Source: Eledone cirrhosa
Lineage: Eukaryota
Direction of reading: 5' to 3'
DNA: 64,000 bases
Assembly (NCBI GenBank): GCA_964016885.1
Contig: OZ024740.1
Coordinates: 158,224,001 to 158,288,000, forward strand
In this document: positions 23,470-35,415 of the stretch, piece after piece
Layout: each line of letters opens with the position of its first letter
Numbering within the stretch: position 1 is the stretch's first letter
Position numbers and translations under genes: made by a program
Notes under the pieces: model-generated
Databases searched by the model: none
Seen by the model: the letters and a program-made list of their open reading frames with translations, nothing else
Told to the model about the DNA's origin: nothing

Positions 23470-23757
23470 GATATCACATAAGAAACGGAGAATCAGTGTT
23501 GCGACGAATAAAATTTATTAGACATATTATAATCGTTTCTCTGGCGACCAGCTCGAGGCACGATCGATGTAATGATCGAACCTGATTCTGAAATCGCAAG
23601 GTCGTCAGATACGTCTCGATTCTACGATTCTCGATTTCAGAGTCAGGTTCGATCATTACATCGATCGTGCCTCAAGCTGGTCCCCAGAGAAACGATTATA
23701 ATATGTCTAATAAATGTTATTCGTCGCAACACCGATTCTCCGTTTCTTATGTGATAT
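23470..23757. repeat. About 290-bp foldback with arms of about 127 bp; MITE-like or Penelope-type inversion
   Basis: 23470-23596 is the reverse complement of 23631-23757 with few mismatches. Confidence 0.85.
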
Positions 23758-23785
23758 ATATATATATGTTTGATATAGAAATGGT

Positions 23786-23830
23786 TTCTACAGGACTAGA
23801 ACTGTTTCATTCGAAGAAAATCATCAGGAA
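23786..23830 (-). ncRNA. Hammerhead motif of the same family as 23304, with a degenerate inverted copy at about 23832-23892
   Basis: Minus strand reads TTC CTGATGA TTTTCTTCGAAT GAAA CAGTTCTAGTCCTG TA GAA. Confidence 0.6.
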
Positions 23831-23969
23831 GTGATGATTTCCTTCGAATAAAACAGTTCTAGTCTTGTAGAAGCCATTTCTATATTAAACATTTATACTC
23901 TGCTATGTATTGACTACCTTACTTACTTTGGTTACCCCCGATTGAACCCGGGATACACATCTCTCTCTC

Positions 23970-24025
<56 letters not shown>

Positions 24026-24033
24026 CCTCTTTC

Positions 24034-24163
<130 letters not shown>

Positions 24164-25330
24164 CTCCTGTATAAAGCGTATTTGAGCTGATGTTTGGTAT
24201 AATATGATTGAAATAAATTTTATTTTAATCCATTTTCACAATGTTGCTATTCCCTTTTAGTTAATTAATTTAATTAATTTCAGGTTGAGTTTTTGAAATT
24301 TTTGACGATACTTATAGTTTCACAAGTCTTCTCATTAATAGCTATTTAACTTTACATTGCATAGCTATAGCTAAACCACGTGGTGTTCATAACATTAAAT
24401 TTTCTCTTTAGCTGTAATGGCTGTCTACTCTAGACGTTATTTCCAACATAAGAAAATTCATTAGAGTCTTTCTTGAAATGGCTATAAATAAGTATATCTT
24501 AAAATTAGTGTGCTGATGATCCACGTAGTCTTGACTGGTTAATTAATTAATTATGCTAATTAGCTAGTATTGTAATCATGGGGAAGCCACGGTATGGTCA
24601 ATTATGCAGGTAAAATTATATTTTTTGCTTGCTATGTTCTTAATGTCAACTGTACTATACTTAATATTGTTGCTGAATAATATTTTGAATAATAATGCTA
24701 TGCAAAATACAGATTTTAGTCTGTATAAAGCATATTTGAACTGACATATGGTATAATATGATTGAAATATATATATATATATATATAATTAATAGCAACC
24801 ATGTCACTATGAATGTCCATGGGGGCTAAATCCTTTTTCTGTATGTACCTTTTTCTGTATGCTAAATTTTGTCCATTTTCAAGAGAGGTCGCTACTAATG
24901 ACTTTTGATGTCTTCTTTGAACAACCAAATATAAGTTTACCTGGAAAGAAACAATGTAGTTATTAATAAGAAAAGTTGAAATTAAGGCATGCAAGAATCG
25001 ACAAGCCTGATTAGCTATACATACAAACATACATACATACATGGTGGCTGCCAACTCGTTTTCGAGTACGGCCATTAATTTATATCCATGTAGGAGAACC
25101 CCTACCGATACGCTGAACGAGTGGGACTTTTTAGTCCAGCCAGCGACTTGAAAACTCTGGTACAAACACTAAACTTGTGACAATTATTGACACATAGTGC
25201 TGGGCCCTTGGTACCATGTAACGACAAGTGCAGAGAGATCTCCAGATACAAAGCAATGCCTGTGCCATGAAGCTTTTATAGTGAGCAAAGCACTGCACAA
25301 ACCCAGTCCCAAGATGATATTTACCAAAAA

Positions 25331-25397
<67 letters not shown>

Positions 25398-25423
25398 ACA
25401 TATATATATATACATACATACAA

Positions 25424-25469
<46 letters not shown>

Positions 25470-25561
25470 GTTAACATATACATAAAGTTATAGATATATA
25501 TATGTTGCAACTGGTCACTTTTAAGCTCTATGAAAAATTAATAAATTAAAAAATCAGAGCA

Positions 25562-26371
25562 ATATATCATAAATCATGTCTTTAGAATCATCAGATAAAA
25601 TATATACTATTTCTTCTTCTAATTAGCATAATTAACCATATAAAAAATCAATTAGATCAAGCTATAAGAAGAAAGGCTCTTATGGAGAAATCTCCGACAA
25701 ATAACCGAACGTAGCCTCTTCGCGGTGGCCCCAATCGAGTATTTATCCAACATTTCGACAGCATGTAGAAACTGACTAAATATATCATCAACCATACACA
25801 ATTAGGTGTAAAATCTCAACCTATCTCAATCTCCCGATAGGTTGAGATTAAATTTGGCGATATTTGGCTGCGCTTTCTAGCAGCAAGCCTACCCGCCGTA
25901 AGCAACCAATCACATTCTTTCTGGCTTGACCACAGCCACATAGCGATTCTTAGCCATTTTTGAATCTATTTTTGGCGGGATCGGATTGAAAAACTAGATG
26001 TCTGATTTTGAGTTTGTCTCCTGATGAATCCTAACTCATGACATTCCTATTATTTGTATTCTAAAAATAGGGACGAAACCATGGTAGAGATATAATTACG
26101 GTATGTACGCATTTCTTCTAAGTTTAATTTTACACCTAATTGTGTATGGTTGATGATATATTTAGTCAGTTTCTACATGCTGTCGAAATGTTGGATAAAT
26201 ACTCGATTGGGGCCACCGCGAAGAGGCTACGTTCGGTTATTTGTCGGAGATTTCTCCATAAGAGCCTTTCTTCTTATAGCTTGATCTAATTGATTTTTTA
26301 TATGGTTAATTATGCTAATTAGAAGAAGAAATAGTATATATTTTATCTGATGATTCTAAAGACATGATTTA

Positions 26372-26379
<8 letters not shown>
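25562..26379. mobile_element. Non-coding Penelope-type (pLTR-like) insertion with about 250-bp inverted arms
   Basis: 25562-25814 is the reverse complement of 26127-26379. The spacer carries a hammerhead motif and the right end runs into (TA)n. Confidence 0.7.
26015..26092 (+). ncRNA. Type I hammerhead motif, possibly impaired
   Basis: TGTCTC CTGATGA ATCCTA...TAGGGAC GAAA CCATGG TA GAGATA. Stem III is palindromic (ACCATGGT) and the base of stem II is an A-C mismatch. Confidence 0.65.
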
Positions 26380-26450
<71 letters not shown>

Positions 26451-26577
26451 AATATATATATATATATATACGTACGTACATACATACACACATACATACA
26501 TACATACATATATACATACATACATACGTACGTACATACGCATTCACACACACACATACACACACACACACACACAT

Positions 26578-26617
<40 letters not shown>

Positions 26618-26620
<3 letters not shown>

Positions 26621-26991
26621 TAAAGAGTCAAGACCCCGACGGCTGAGCTGCGGCCGTTTCGACATCTAGATCCGAACTCGGATTTAGTTGTCGAAACGGC
26701 CGGATCTCAGCCGTCGGGGTCCTGACTATTTTCCTATTACCCATTCTACTACCCTGAGTATCGAGTACTCTGGTGCGTTATGGTCCACCTGGTATCTTAC
26801 CGCACTTTCTTTGTTATATATATATATACAGTATATATAAATATATATATACATATAGGAACGAGTAGGACCCCGACGGCTGAGCTCAAGCCGTCGGGGT
26901 CCTACTCGTTCCTATTACCCACTCTACTACCCTAAGTATTGAGTACTTTGGTGCGTTATGGTCCACCTGGTTCCTTACCACATTTCCTTCG

Positions 26992-26993
<2 letters not shown>
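26618..26993 (+). repeat. Two hairpin-forming copies of the 21146 family
   Basis: GACCCCGACGGCTGAG...CTCAGCCGTCGGGGTC hairpins at about 26632-26721 and 26856-26914. Confidence 0.75.
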
Positions 26994-27073
<80 letters not shown>

Positions 27074-27364
27074 GAAAGTTTGGTAAAGTCGAAGCTTCGG
27101 CTGTAGCCAAGCCAACGAGATACAACGAGGAATTGTGCAGCCAAGCACTCGATGATGAGTCTCAGAGTAATAACATTCGTTGACGGCATGACAAATTGAA
27201 AACTGTGGCAGGTAGGCCCAGCCACGACACCGAAGCAACGAGAAAACCGACAGGTTAATAAAGCAAACCTGGACCATCTCGGAGGTAGATCCTCGTTTCT
27301 CCGATAGGTTTCTATGAAATCCAAAATCAACAATCCTACTTGCGCAAGTATTCAAGAAGTTTTT

Positions 27365-27409
<45 letters not shown>

Positions 27410-27936
27410 AATATATTTTTAGAATCGTTGAGCGTAGAAAATCTGTCAATTTGAAAGAAGCATCAACATTCTTTGAAAAATAATTCAATATGTTGGGTAT
27501 ATAAACCCCGAAAATGGAAAAAAAAATTGCACAGCACCACTCATGTATTTACCTGGGTATTCAGAATTACCCTTCTTATCAAAATGAATACATCAAGTAC
27601 TGACGAAAGATCAGATCTACCTGTGGTCGACTGGCTATTTTGTCAGTCTACGCATGCCACCTTTCCACGAACTTATTTCTGCCACTGGTAATCACACAAA
27701 AAAGAATAACTGGTAAGAACGATAGTCTGATTTTTCTTTATTTGATAAAAAGATTATAACCTAGAAATATTATAAAATAAAGGGTAAAGTTTTGTTTTAT
27801 TTTGTCATTCGTACTTTTCTCTACTTTCTATCTTCCATGCTACCATCTTTGCCAATATATTCTTAATTACATAGCTCATCGTACCACTTTGTTAAAATTG
27901 ATTGATTTAACATGGGTCATCATTATATTATAATAA

Positions 27937-28124
27937 TTGTTTCTACTTTTGGCACAAGGCCAGCAATTATGCCAGTGTATTACTGGTACTTTATTTTATC
28001 GACATCATAAGGATGAAGGCAAAGTTAACCTCGGCAGGATTTGAACTCAGATCGTAAAGGGACGTAACTCTACGCTGCAAAGCATGGCGCCCGACCCTCT
28101 ACTGATACTACCAATCCACCGCCC
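27937..28124 (-). mobile_element. tRNA-derived SINE with Nin/Deu-like core
   Basis: Reverse complement of the 45089-45273 SINE; B-box GAGTTCAAATCC; tail ends in ATTATT. Confidence 0.8.
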
Positions 28125-28406
28125 ATTATATTATAATAATAGGGGTTAATAAACTTCTTTTGAAATATTATCTTGTAGAGCACAATGTTTGGTATTACAT
28201 TGTATAAAAGTATTTACAATCATCAAGGATTTTCCGGGTACGATATCTAGGTTCTGGATTTTTCTATCGTTTGGTGATGTTTATGAATTGTGTACTAACA
28301 AGTAGAATCTCTATTTATGTTATTCTATTAATATAATGACCCCATATAGCGGTGTTTTGTCGAGTGGTCTTTCAAGGACGTACTGAGAGCGCATGGCGAG
28401 GCTTTA

Positions 28407-28485
<79 letters not shown>

Positions 28486-28749
28486 CACTCCACCCACACA
28501 CACATATATGTGTGTGTGTGTGTATATGTATATACAAACATTTATACACACACACACACACACATGCATGTGTGTGTGTGTGTTTGTAGTGTGTGTATGT
28601 CTATATATATAAAGCTTACTGTACAAACGGAATGCAGCTTGACAAGTGAGTTTGAGCACGAAACTGTAAGCTCATCAGTAACTATTGTTGCTTCAAGGCT
28701 ATAATGAAGTATGTGCTTGTATATGTGTGTGTGTTTGTTTATTTGTTTC

Positions 28750-28785
<36 letters not shown>

Positions 28786-29398
28786 AGAGAGAGAATGGGG
28801 GGAGAGGGGAGGAGTATACGTGTACGAGTGAGTGTACGTAATGTGTATGTATAGAAAAAAACGTAGTGGTTTTGTTGATCTTGGCGAAGTATCAACCTAA
28901 GTACAGCTGTACTAAATTTTTAGCTCAGTCGGGCATCCTGTGCGATATATTTGGAATGTATGTAATAAGGAATAGTTCTTCAATGAAACAAATAGTGCAG
29001 ATAAGATGTTCTCGTAGCAGAAGGCCTCACAACGTAACAACAATCTACAACTTGTTTGCTGAGAAAGTAATATTACATCTGTGAGATTTTATGAATTTAT
29101 AACATATCTCTCTATCTTTATAAGGTTGTAAACATATATCTAGTGACATAGCGGATTAATTTTATTATTTCAATAATCATGAATGAGCTATTTTTATTCT
29201 TAGTTGTTTATTTGTTTATTCATGTCTTAAAAGCATTAATACGATTATTTTGATGTATATATGAGTGTGTATGTGGGGGGGGGGGCAAATATATAAATAT
29301 ATATACGTATTTATGCATATGTCTATATCTATCTAACTATCCATCTATCTCTCTCTATATATAAATATATACAAACACACACGCACACACACATATAT

Positions 29399-29460
<62 letters not shown>

Positions 29461-29692
29461 GATTTACCTACATATATACACACATATATATGTGTGTATA
29501 TGTGCGTGTGTCTATATAAATAAACTTCATATATTCGAGAACTAGAATTTCTGGTCACCTTTTCAAATTGGTAATTCAAGTAACTTTGCGTTATGTAATA
29601 TATTTAATTTTTCTAATAGATACCTGTTAGTTTTTACTATAGTTCAGACATATGGTGTGAAGGACACGTGTGTGTGTGTGTGTGTATATATA

Positions 29693-29738
<46 letters not shown>

Positions 29739-30114
29739 CATATATACATATGTGTGTGTGTGTATGTGTGTATGTGTGTGTGTGTGTGTATATATATATA
29801 GTCACTTATATATTATGAAATACTGTTGGCTTCACGCTCACAATAATTTCTATACTTTCATTTATATATATATACACACACACATATTTATATATGTATA
29901 TAAAATGTAATATAATATATACATAAATATATATATATATATAATATAATATATATATATGCATGTATGTATTTATATACGCACATACACGCACGCACAC
30001 ACACATACACACACACATACACACACACACACAGACATTTATATATATCTATGTGTTGGTGTGTGTGTGTGTATGTGTTTTCATGTATGTCTCAATTATG
30101 CCTTGTGCTACTGG

Positions 30115-30168
<54 letters not shown>

Positions 30169-30704
30169 CCAGTAGCACAAGGCATAACAGAGACATACAT
30201 GAAAACATATGCTATATTTTTATATACAATAAACATATGGGAGCCTCGCTATCAAAGATATATAATTTTTCGCTACGAAAAATGGTTATACTTAATTGGT
30301 AGTAGGACTATGACAGCGTTATGTGTAATAGGGGTGTGTCTGAAAGCATACACTATATGTTTAGATAGAAGAAATATATAGGAGCCTCGCTATCAATGAA
30401 AAAATAGTTTATCATTATAAAAAATATTTTATTTTATCTTTTCCTCTATGAATATGCCACAAATATGTCAGTAGCAGTGGAGAATGCCAGTAAAAGGGGA
30501 GAAGACAGCCTTGAGAGTTATAAGGTTGTTGACGGAGAAATGGAGAAAAAGAAAATCATAGCAATTGAATGAATGTCACTGATGAGTGGTTAACAAATCT
30601 TGAAACAGCGTTATCTGGAACTTTCGATTGCTACTGACATATCTGCGACATTTTTGTAGATCAAAAGAGAGAAAAATAATTCTTATTTTATATAAACATA
30701 TAGT

Positions 30705-30865
30705 ATATACTTGCACGGACACACTAGAGGGAGACCGAGCTTGACATGTGTTGATGCCCTCAGGACAGACACTGGCCTCTTGGAGACGCAGGACATGGCA
30801 GCGATAATGAGGGGCAAAGACCGCTGGAGAGAACTCGTCCATGGATCTCGGGAATTTTACCTGCC
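30705..30865 (-). mobile_element. RTE-clade LINE 3' fragment
   Basis: Homologous to 34170-34325 (TYVD.LR.DTGL-type C-terminus plus 3' end). Confidence 0.65.
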
Positions 30866-30909
30866 CTAGATAGATAGATAGATAGATACACCCTATTATA
30901 CTCACGCGC

Positions 30910-30956
<47 letters not shown>

Positions 30957-30994
30957 GCTATGTAGTCATGACTGATAAATAAATAAATATATTT

Positions 30995-31072
<78 letters not shown>

Positions 31073-31254
31073 GAAGTGGATGGATACTTCAACAGGTACA
31101 ATGTACCTGTAGAAATATTCAAGTTGTTTATAATACATGTGGTTCAATGGCACTAATTCGAGATACCAGAACAATATAAAAGTAGCGAAACAAACGGTTA
31201 TTAAACAATTTTCTAAATAAATTAAAAAATGATTAAATAATCACCTGTTCAGAT

Positions 31255-31335
31255 GCTGTTACCGACGGTTTCATCATTCCGAAAGATTGGAAATCCAACG
31301 AATTTCCAATGGAAAGAAATGAATCTTCAGACAGC
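31255..31335 (-). ncRNA. Type I hammerhead ribozyme (457-bp unit, copy 1)
   Basis: GCTGT CTGAAGA TTCATTTC...GGAATGAT GAAA CCGTCGG TA ACAGC on the minus strand. Confidence 0.8.
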
Positions 31336-31711
31336 CCTATTTCCACGCTATAAGGTATAGCAAGTAAATATTATGCTCCCTGCCCAACGCATGCGGTCAA
31401 GCCGTTAAAGTGACACACACGCAAATCAGGTCGCTGATAAAAGCTGGATATTATAAACATGTCGAATTGCCACTAAAATTAGCGGCATTATTCAACGTTT
31501 TGTTCTCTACGTAAGGAGAATAAATTATAGAAGTGGATGGATACTTCAACAGGTACAATGTACCTGTAGAAATATTCAAGTTCTTTATAATACATGTGGT
31601 TCAATGGCACTAATTCGAGATACCAGAACAATATAAAAGTAGCGAAACAAACGGTTATTAAACAATTTTCTAAATAAATTAAAAAATGATTAAATAATCA
31701 CCTGTTCAGAT

Positions 31712-31792
31712 GCTGTTACCGACGGTTTCATCATTCCGAAAGATTGGAAATCCAACGAATTTCCAATGGAAAGAAATGAATCTTCAGACAGC
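31712..31792 (-). ncRNA. Type I hammerhead ribozyme (457-bp unit, copy 2)
   Basis: Identical to copy 1, 457 bp away. Confidence 0.8.
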
Positions 31793-32290
31793 CCTATTTC
31801 CACGCTATAAGGTATAGCAAGTAAATATTATGCTCCCTGCCCAACGCATGCGGTCAAGCCGTTAAAGTGACACACACGCAAATCAGGTCGCTGATAAAAG
31901 CTGGATATTATAAACATGTCGAATTGCCACTAAAATTAGCGGCATTATTCAACGTTTTGTTCTCTACGTAAGGAGAATAAATTATAGAAGTGGATGGATA
32001 CTTCAACAGGTACAATGTACCTGTAGAAATATTCAAGTTGTTTATAATACATGTGGTTCAATGGCACTAATTCGAGATACCAGAACAATATAAAAGTAGC
32101 GAAACAAACGGTTATTAAACAATTTTCTAAATAAATTAAAAAATGATTAAATAATCACCTGTTCAGATGCTGTTATATCCAGATTTTATCAGCGACCTGA
32201 TTTGCGTGTGTGTCACTTTAACGGCTTGACCGCATGCGTTGGGCAGGGAGCATAATATTTACTTGCTATACCTTATAGCGTGGAAATAGG

Positions 32291-32371
32291 GCTGTCTGAA
32301 GATTCATTTCTTTCCATTGGAAATTCGTTGGATTTCCAATCTTTCGGAATGATGAAACCGTCGGTAACAGC
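32291..32371 (+). ncRNA. Type I hammerhead ribozyme (457-bp unit, copy 3)
   Basis: Stem I GCTGT/ACAGC, CTGAAGA at 32296-32302, GAAA at 32354-32357, predicted cut after A32366. Confidence 0.8.
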
Positions 32372-32747
32372 ATCTGAACAGGTGATTATTTAATCATTTT
32401 TTAATTTATTTAGAAAATTGTTTAATAACCGTTTGTTTCGCTACTTTTATATTGTTCTGGTATCTCGAATTAGTGCCATTGAACCACATGTATTATAAAC
32501 AACTTGAATATTTCTACAGGTACATTGTACCTGTTGAAGTATCCATCCACTTCTATAATTTATTCTCCTTACGTAGAGAACAAAACGTTGAATAATGCCG
32601 CTAATTTTAGTGGCAATTCGACATGTTTATAATATCCAGCTTTTATCAGCGACCTGATTTGCGTGTGTGTCACTTTAACGGCTTGACCGCATGCGTTGGG
32701 CAGGGAGCATAATATTTACTTGCTATACCTTATAGCGTGGAAATAGG

Positions 32748-32828
32748 GCTGTCTGAAGATTCATTTCTTTCCATTGGAAATTCGTTGGATTTCCAATCTT
32801 TCGGAATGATGAAACCGTCGGTAACAGC
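32748..32828 (+). ncRNA. Type I hammerhead ribozyme (457-bp unit, copy 4)
   Basis: Identical to copy 3; predicted cut after 32823. Confidence 0.8.
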
Positions 32829-32968
32829 ATCTGAACAGGTGATTATTTAATCATTTTTTAATTTATTTAGAAAATTGTTTAATAACCGTTTGTTTCGCTA
32901 CTTTTATATATATATATATATATATACATAGCTATGTAGTCATGACTGATAAATAAATAAATATATTT

Positions 32969-33027
<59 letters not shown>

Positions 33028-33154
33028 AAAGTTCTATTTAAATTGTTGGGATACAACAAGCAAATATTTTTATAAATGATATAAAGCACTCGACAAATAT
33101 TTGGAGTAGATATACGATATTAATAAATGGAAACTATATTTATAAAACCATATT

Positions 33155-33219
33155 TATTTCATTATATATATTTCAAGGATACCAAGTTACATTATGGTAT
33201 GCCTTCATCAGACAAAATA
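33155..33219 (-). ncRNA. Type I hammerhead motif in the left arm of a foldback
   Basis: Reverse complement of 33277-33341. Confidence 0.65.
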
Positions 33220-33276
33220 CAATATATAACAGTTTTATAAATAGACATTGACGTACCCCTTTAAAAATATATATTG

Positions 33277-33341
33277 TATTTTGTCTGATGAAGGCATACC
33301 ATAATGTAACTTGGTATCCTTGAAATATATATAATGAAATA
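33277..33341 (+). ncRNA. Type I hammerhead motif in the right arm of a foldback
   Basis: TATTTTGT CTGATGA AGGCATACCA..TGGTATCCTT GAAA TATATA TA ATGAAATA; stems I and II pair and stem III is palindromic. Confidence 0.65.
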
Positions 33342-33428
33342 AATATGGTTTTATAAATATAGTTTCCATACATGTCGGATATTGTTTATCGTGATTTCGT
33401 GGGCCGATATTCCGATTCTTGATCATTC

Positions 33429-33481
<53 letters not shown>

Positions 33482-34043
33482 AATTTTAAAAATATGATCA
33501 ACACTAATGTGTTTTTTTTGCAAAATGACAATAATTTTTTAGCCATGTATAATAATTTTTTATGCATGTATAAATATATTTATTTATTTATCGGCCATTA
33601 CTATGATACCTTTCATTGGGTATTATTAATTCAAGTCATGTCCAACTGAATAGCAATCTCTGAGGCACTGGACACTATAGCTCACTGGGTTAGGAAACTG
33701 CATATGGCTGGAGCATATCCTAGTGTGGATGGTCTACTGGCATTTCTTGGCGAAATTCTCGAGGTATCATTTGCAGGCTATAGGATATTTTTCTTCTTCC
33801 ATTTGTTTCGGATGTTAAAGAAAGCAGGTCCAACTGAATTGACATACTTTTTAGTAATGCTGTTCCGTGATATGAACTGGAATTGTTTACTTGACGGAAT
33901 AATCGGACAACATAACTTAGGAGAGTTTTAAAGTTTGGGTAATATTGACGGAATATTTTCCACAACAAACAAATGATTTAGGCCACACGGCAGTGCTAGA
34001 GATAATAGGTGTGCTTTTTCAACCAACACCTGGTAATTAAGGC

Positions 34044-34169
<126 letters not shown>

Positions 34170-34960
34170 AGGGCGAGTAAAATTCCCGAGATCCATGGAC
34201 GAGTTCTCTCCAGCGGTCTCTGTCCCTCATCATCGCTACCATGTCCTGCGTCTCCAAGAGACCGGTGTCTGTCCTTAGGGCATCAACATATGTCAACCTC
34301 GCTCTCTCTCTTCTAGTGTGTCCGTGCAGGGGCTCCCACAGAGGCACTGAGTGTAGTGTCAACTCTGTATGTCGGTGAGCATGTCCAGCTAACTTCAGTC
34401 TCCTCTGGGCTACTTTCGAGCTGACTTTTCGGAGGCCCCGTACAGCTCTGAGTTCTTCATCCTCAATGTATACTGATTAATGTTCAGAGCCATCCTCAGC
34501 ATTCTCGTGTAGCACACATCCACCATCTGGGTGAGTTTATTGGTCAGTGTCCAAGTCTCAGACCCGTACAGTAGTACAGACTCCACTACAGCAACGAAGA
34601 GACGGATCTTCAGGTCTTTACGAAGGTCCGACTTCCACACCGATCTCAAACAATGGACTATTGTGTGCGCCTTGCGCTGGAGAAAACCAGGACTCAGATG
34701 CTGAATTTGCCGACGACATATTTCTGGTGACAAACACAGTGAAGGAAGCAAAGCAGTTGATGCAGGAGGTGGACACTGAGTCGATAAGTGTGGGGCTGAG
34801 AATGAATGAGATTAAGACGAAGTATCTGGCAGAGAAGATTATGAATGTAGGCGGGAAGCCGCTAGAATTGGTTGAGGACTTCCTGTATCTGAGAACAAAG
34901 ATTGGAAACGCAGAGGATGATGTGTTTGAGAGGAAGATCAAAGCCTGTGTGGCTTGCCAC
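34170..34960 (-). mobile_element. RTE-clade LINE fragment with 5' inversion
   Basis: Minus strand 34170-34655 encodes [42 protein letters not shown]. Plus strand about 34690-34960 encodes [32 protein letters not shown]. Confidence 0.8.
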
Positions 34961-35110
34961 ACACATTCACCCCCCCCCCCATATATATATATATATATAT
35001 ACACATACACATACATACATATATACGTACATATACATATATGCATACATATACATACATATATATATATATATGTATGTATGTATATGTATGCATATAT
35101 GTATATGTAC

Positions 35111-35196
<86 letters not shown>

Positions 35197-35348
35197 GTAT
35201 ATATATATTTAAAGGTTAAACAAGGTTCAATGAATAAATCAAAGAATTAGTTTTACAATAGATTGGAAGCACTCAACACAACGGTTTTCCGGTGTTATTA
35301 ATATTAATTCAAAATATTAACAAAAATAGACATTCGTGTGATCAAGTA

Positions 35349-35415
35349 TATTTCATTATACATATTTCAGAGGTACTGAGCTAACTTGAACAGTACGTCC
35401 TCATCAGATAAAATA
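35349..35415 (-). ncRNA. Type I hammerhead motif
   Basis: Minus strand TATTTTAT CTGATGA GGACGTACTG..CAGTACCTCT GAAA TATGTA TA ATGAAATA. Confidence 0.7.

Larger units (their letters stand above)
31067..32909. mobile_element. Retrozyme-like array of a 457-bp hammerhead-containing unit: about 2.4 direct units plus about 1.6 inverted units
   Basis: Units start at 31067, 31524 and 31981; orientation flips at about 32175; units are nearly identical and non-coding. Flanked by a 51-bp direct repeat (30951-31001 and 32925-32975). Confidence 0.88.

Noticed and set aside
30574-30625. CTGATGAG...GAAAC hammerhead-like string
   Set aside because: Stems I and II pair poorly; at best a decayed relic.
31067-32909. 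CRISPR array or ordinary satellite interpretation
   Set aside because: Eukaryotic context, no unique spacers, low copy number, and one ribozyme per unit.
33704-33968. Possible host exon
   Set aside because: No recognisable domain or splice support; it looks more like a decayed LINE C-terminus.
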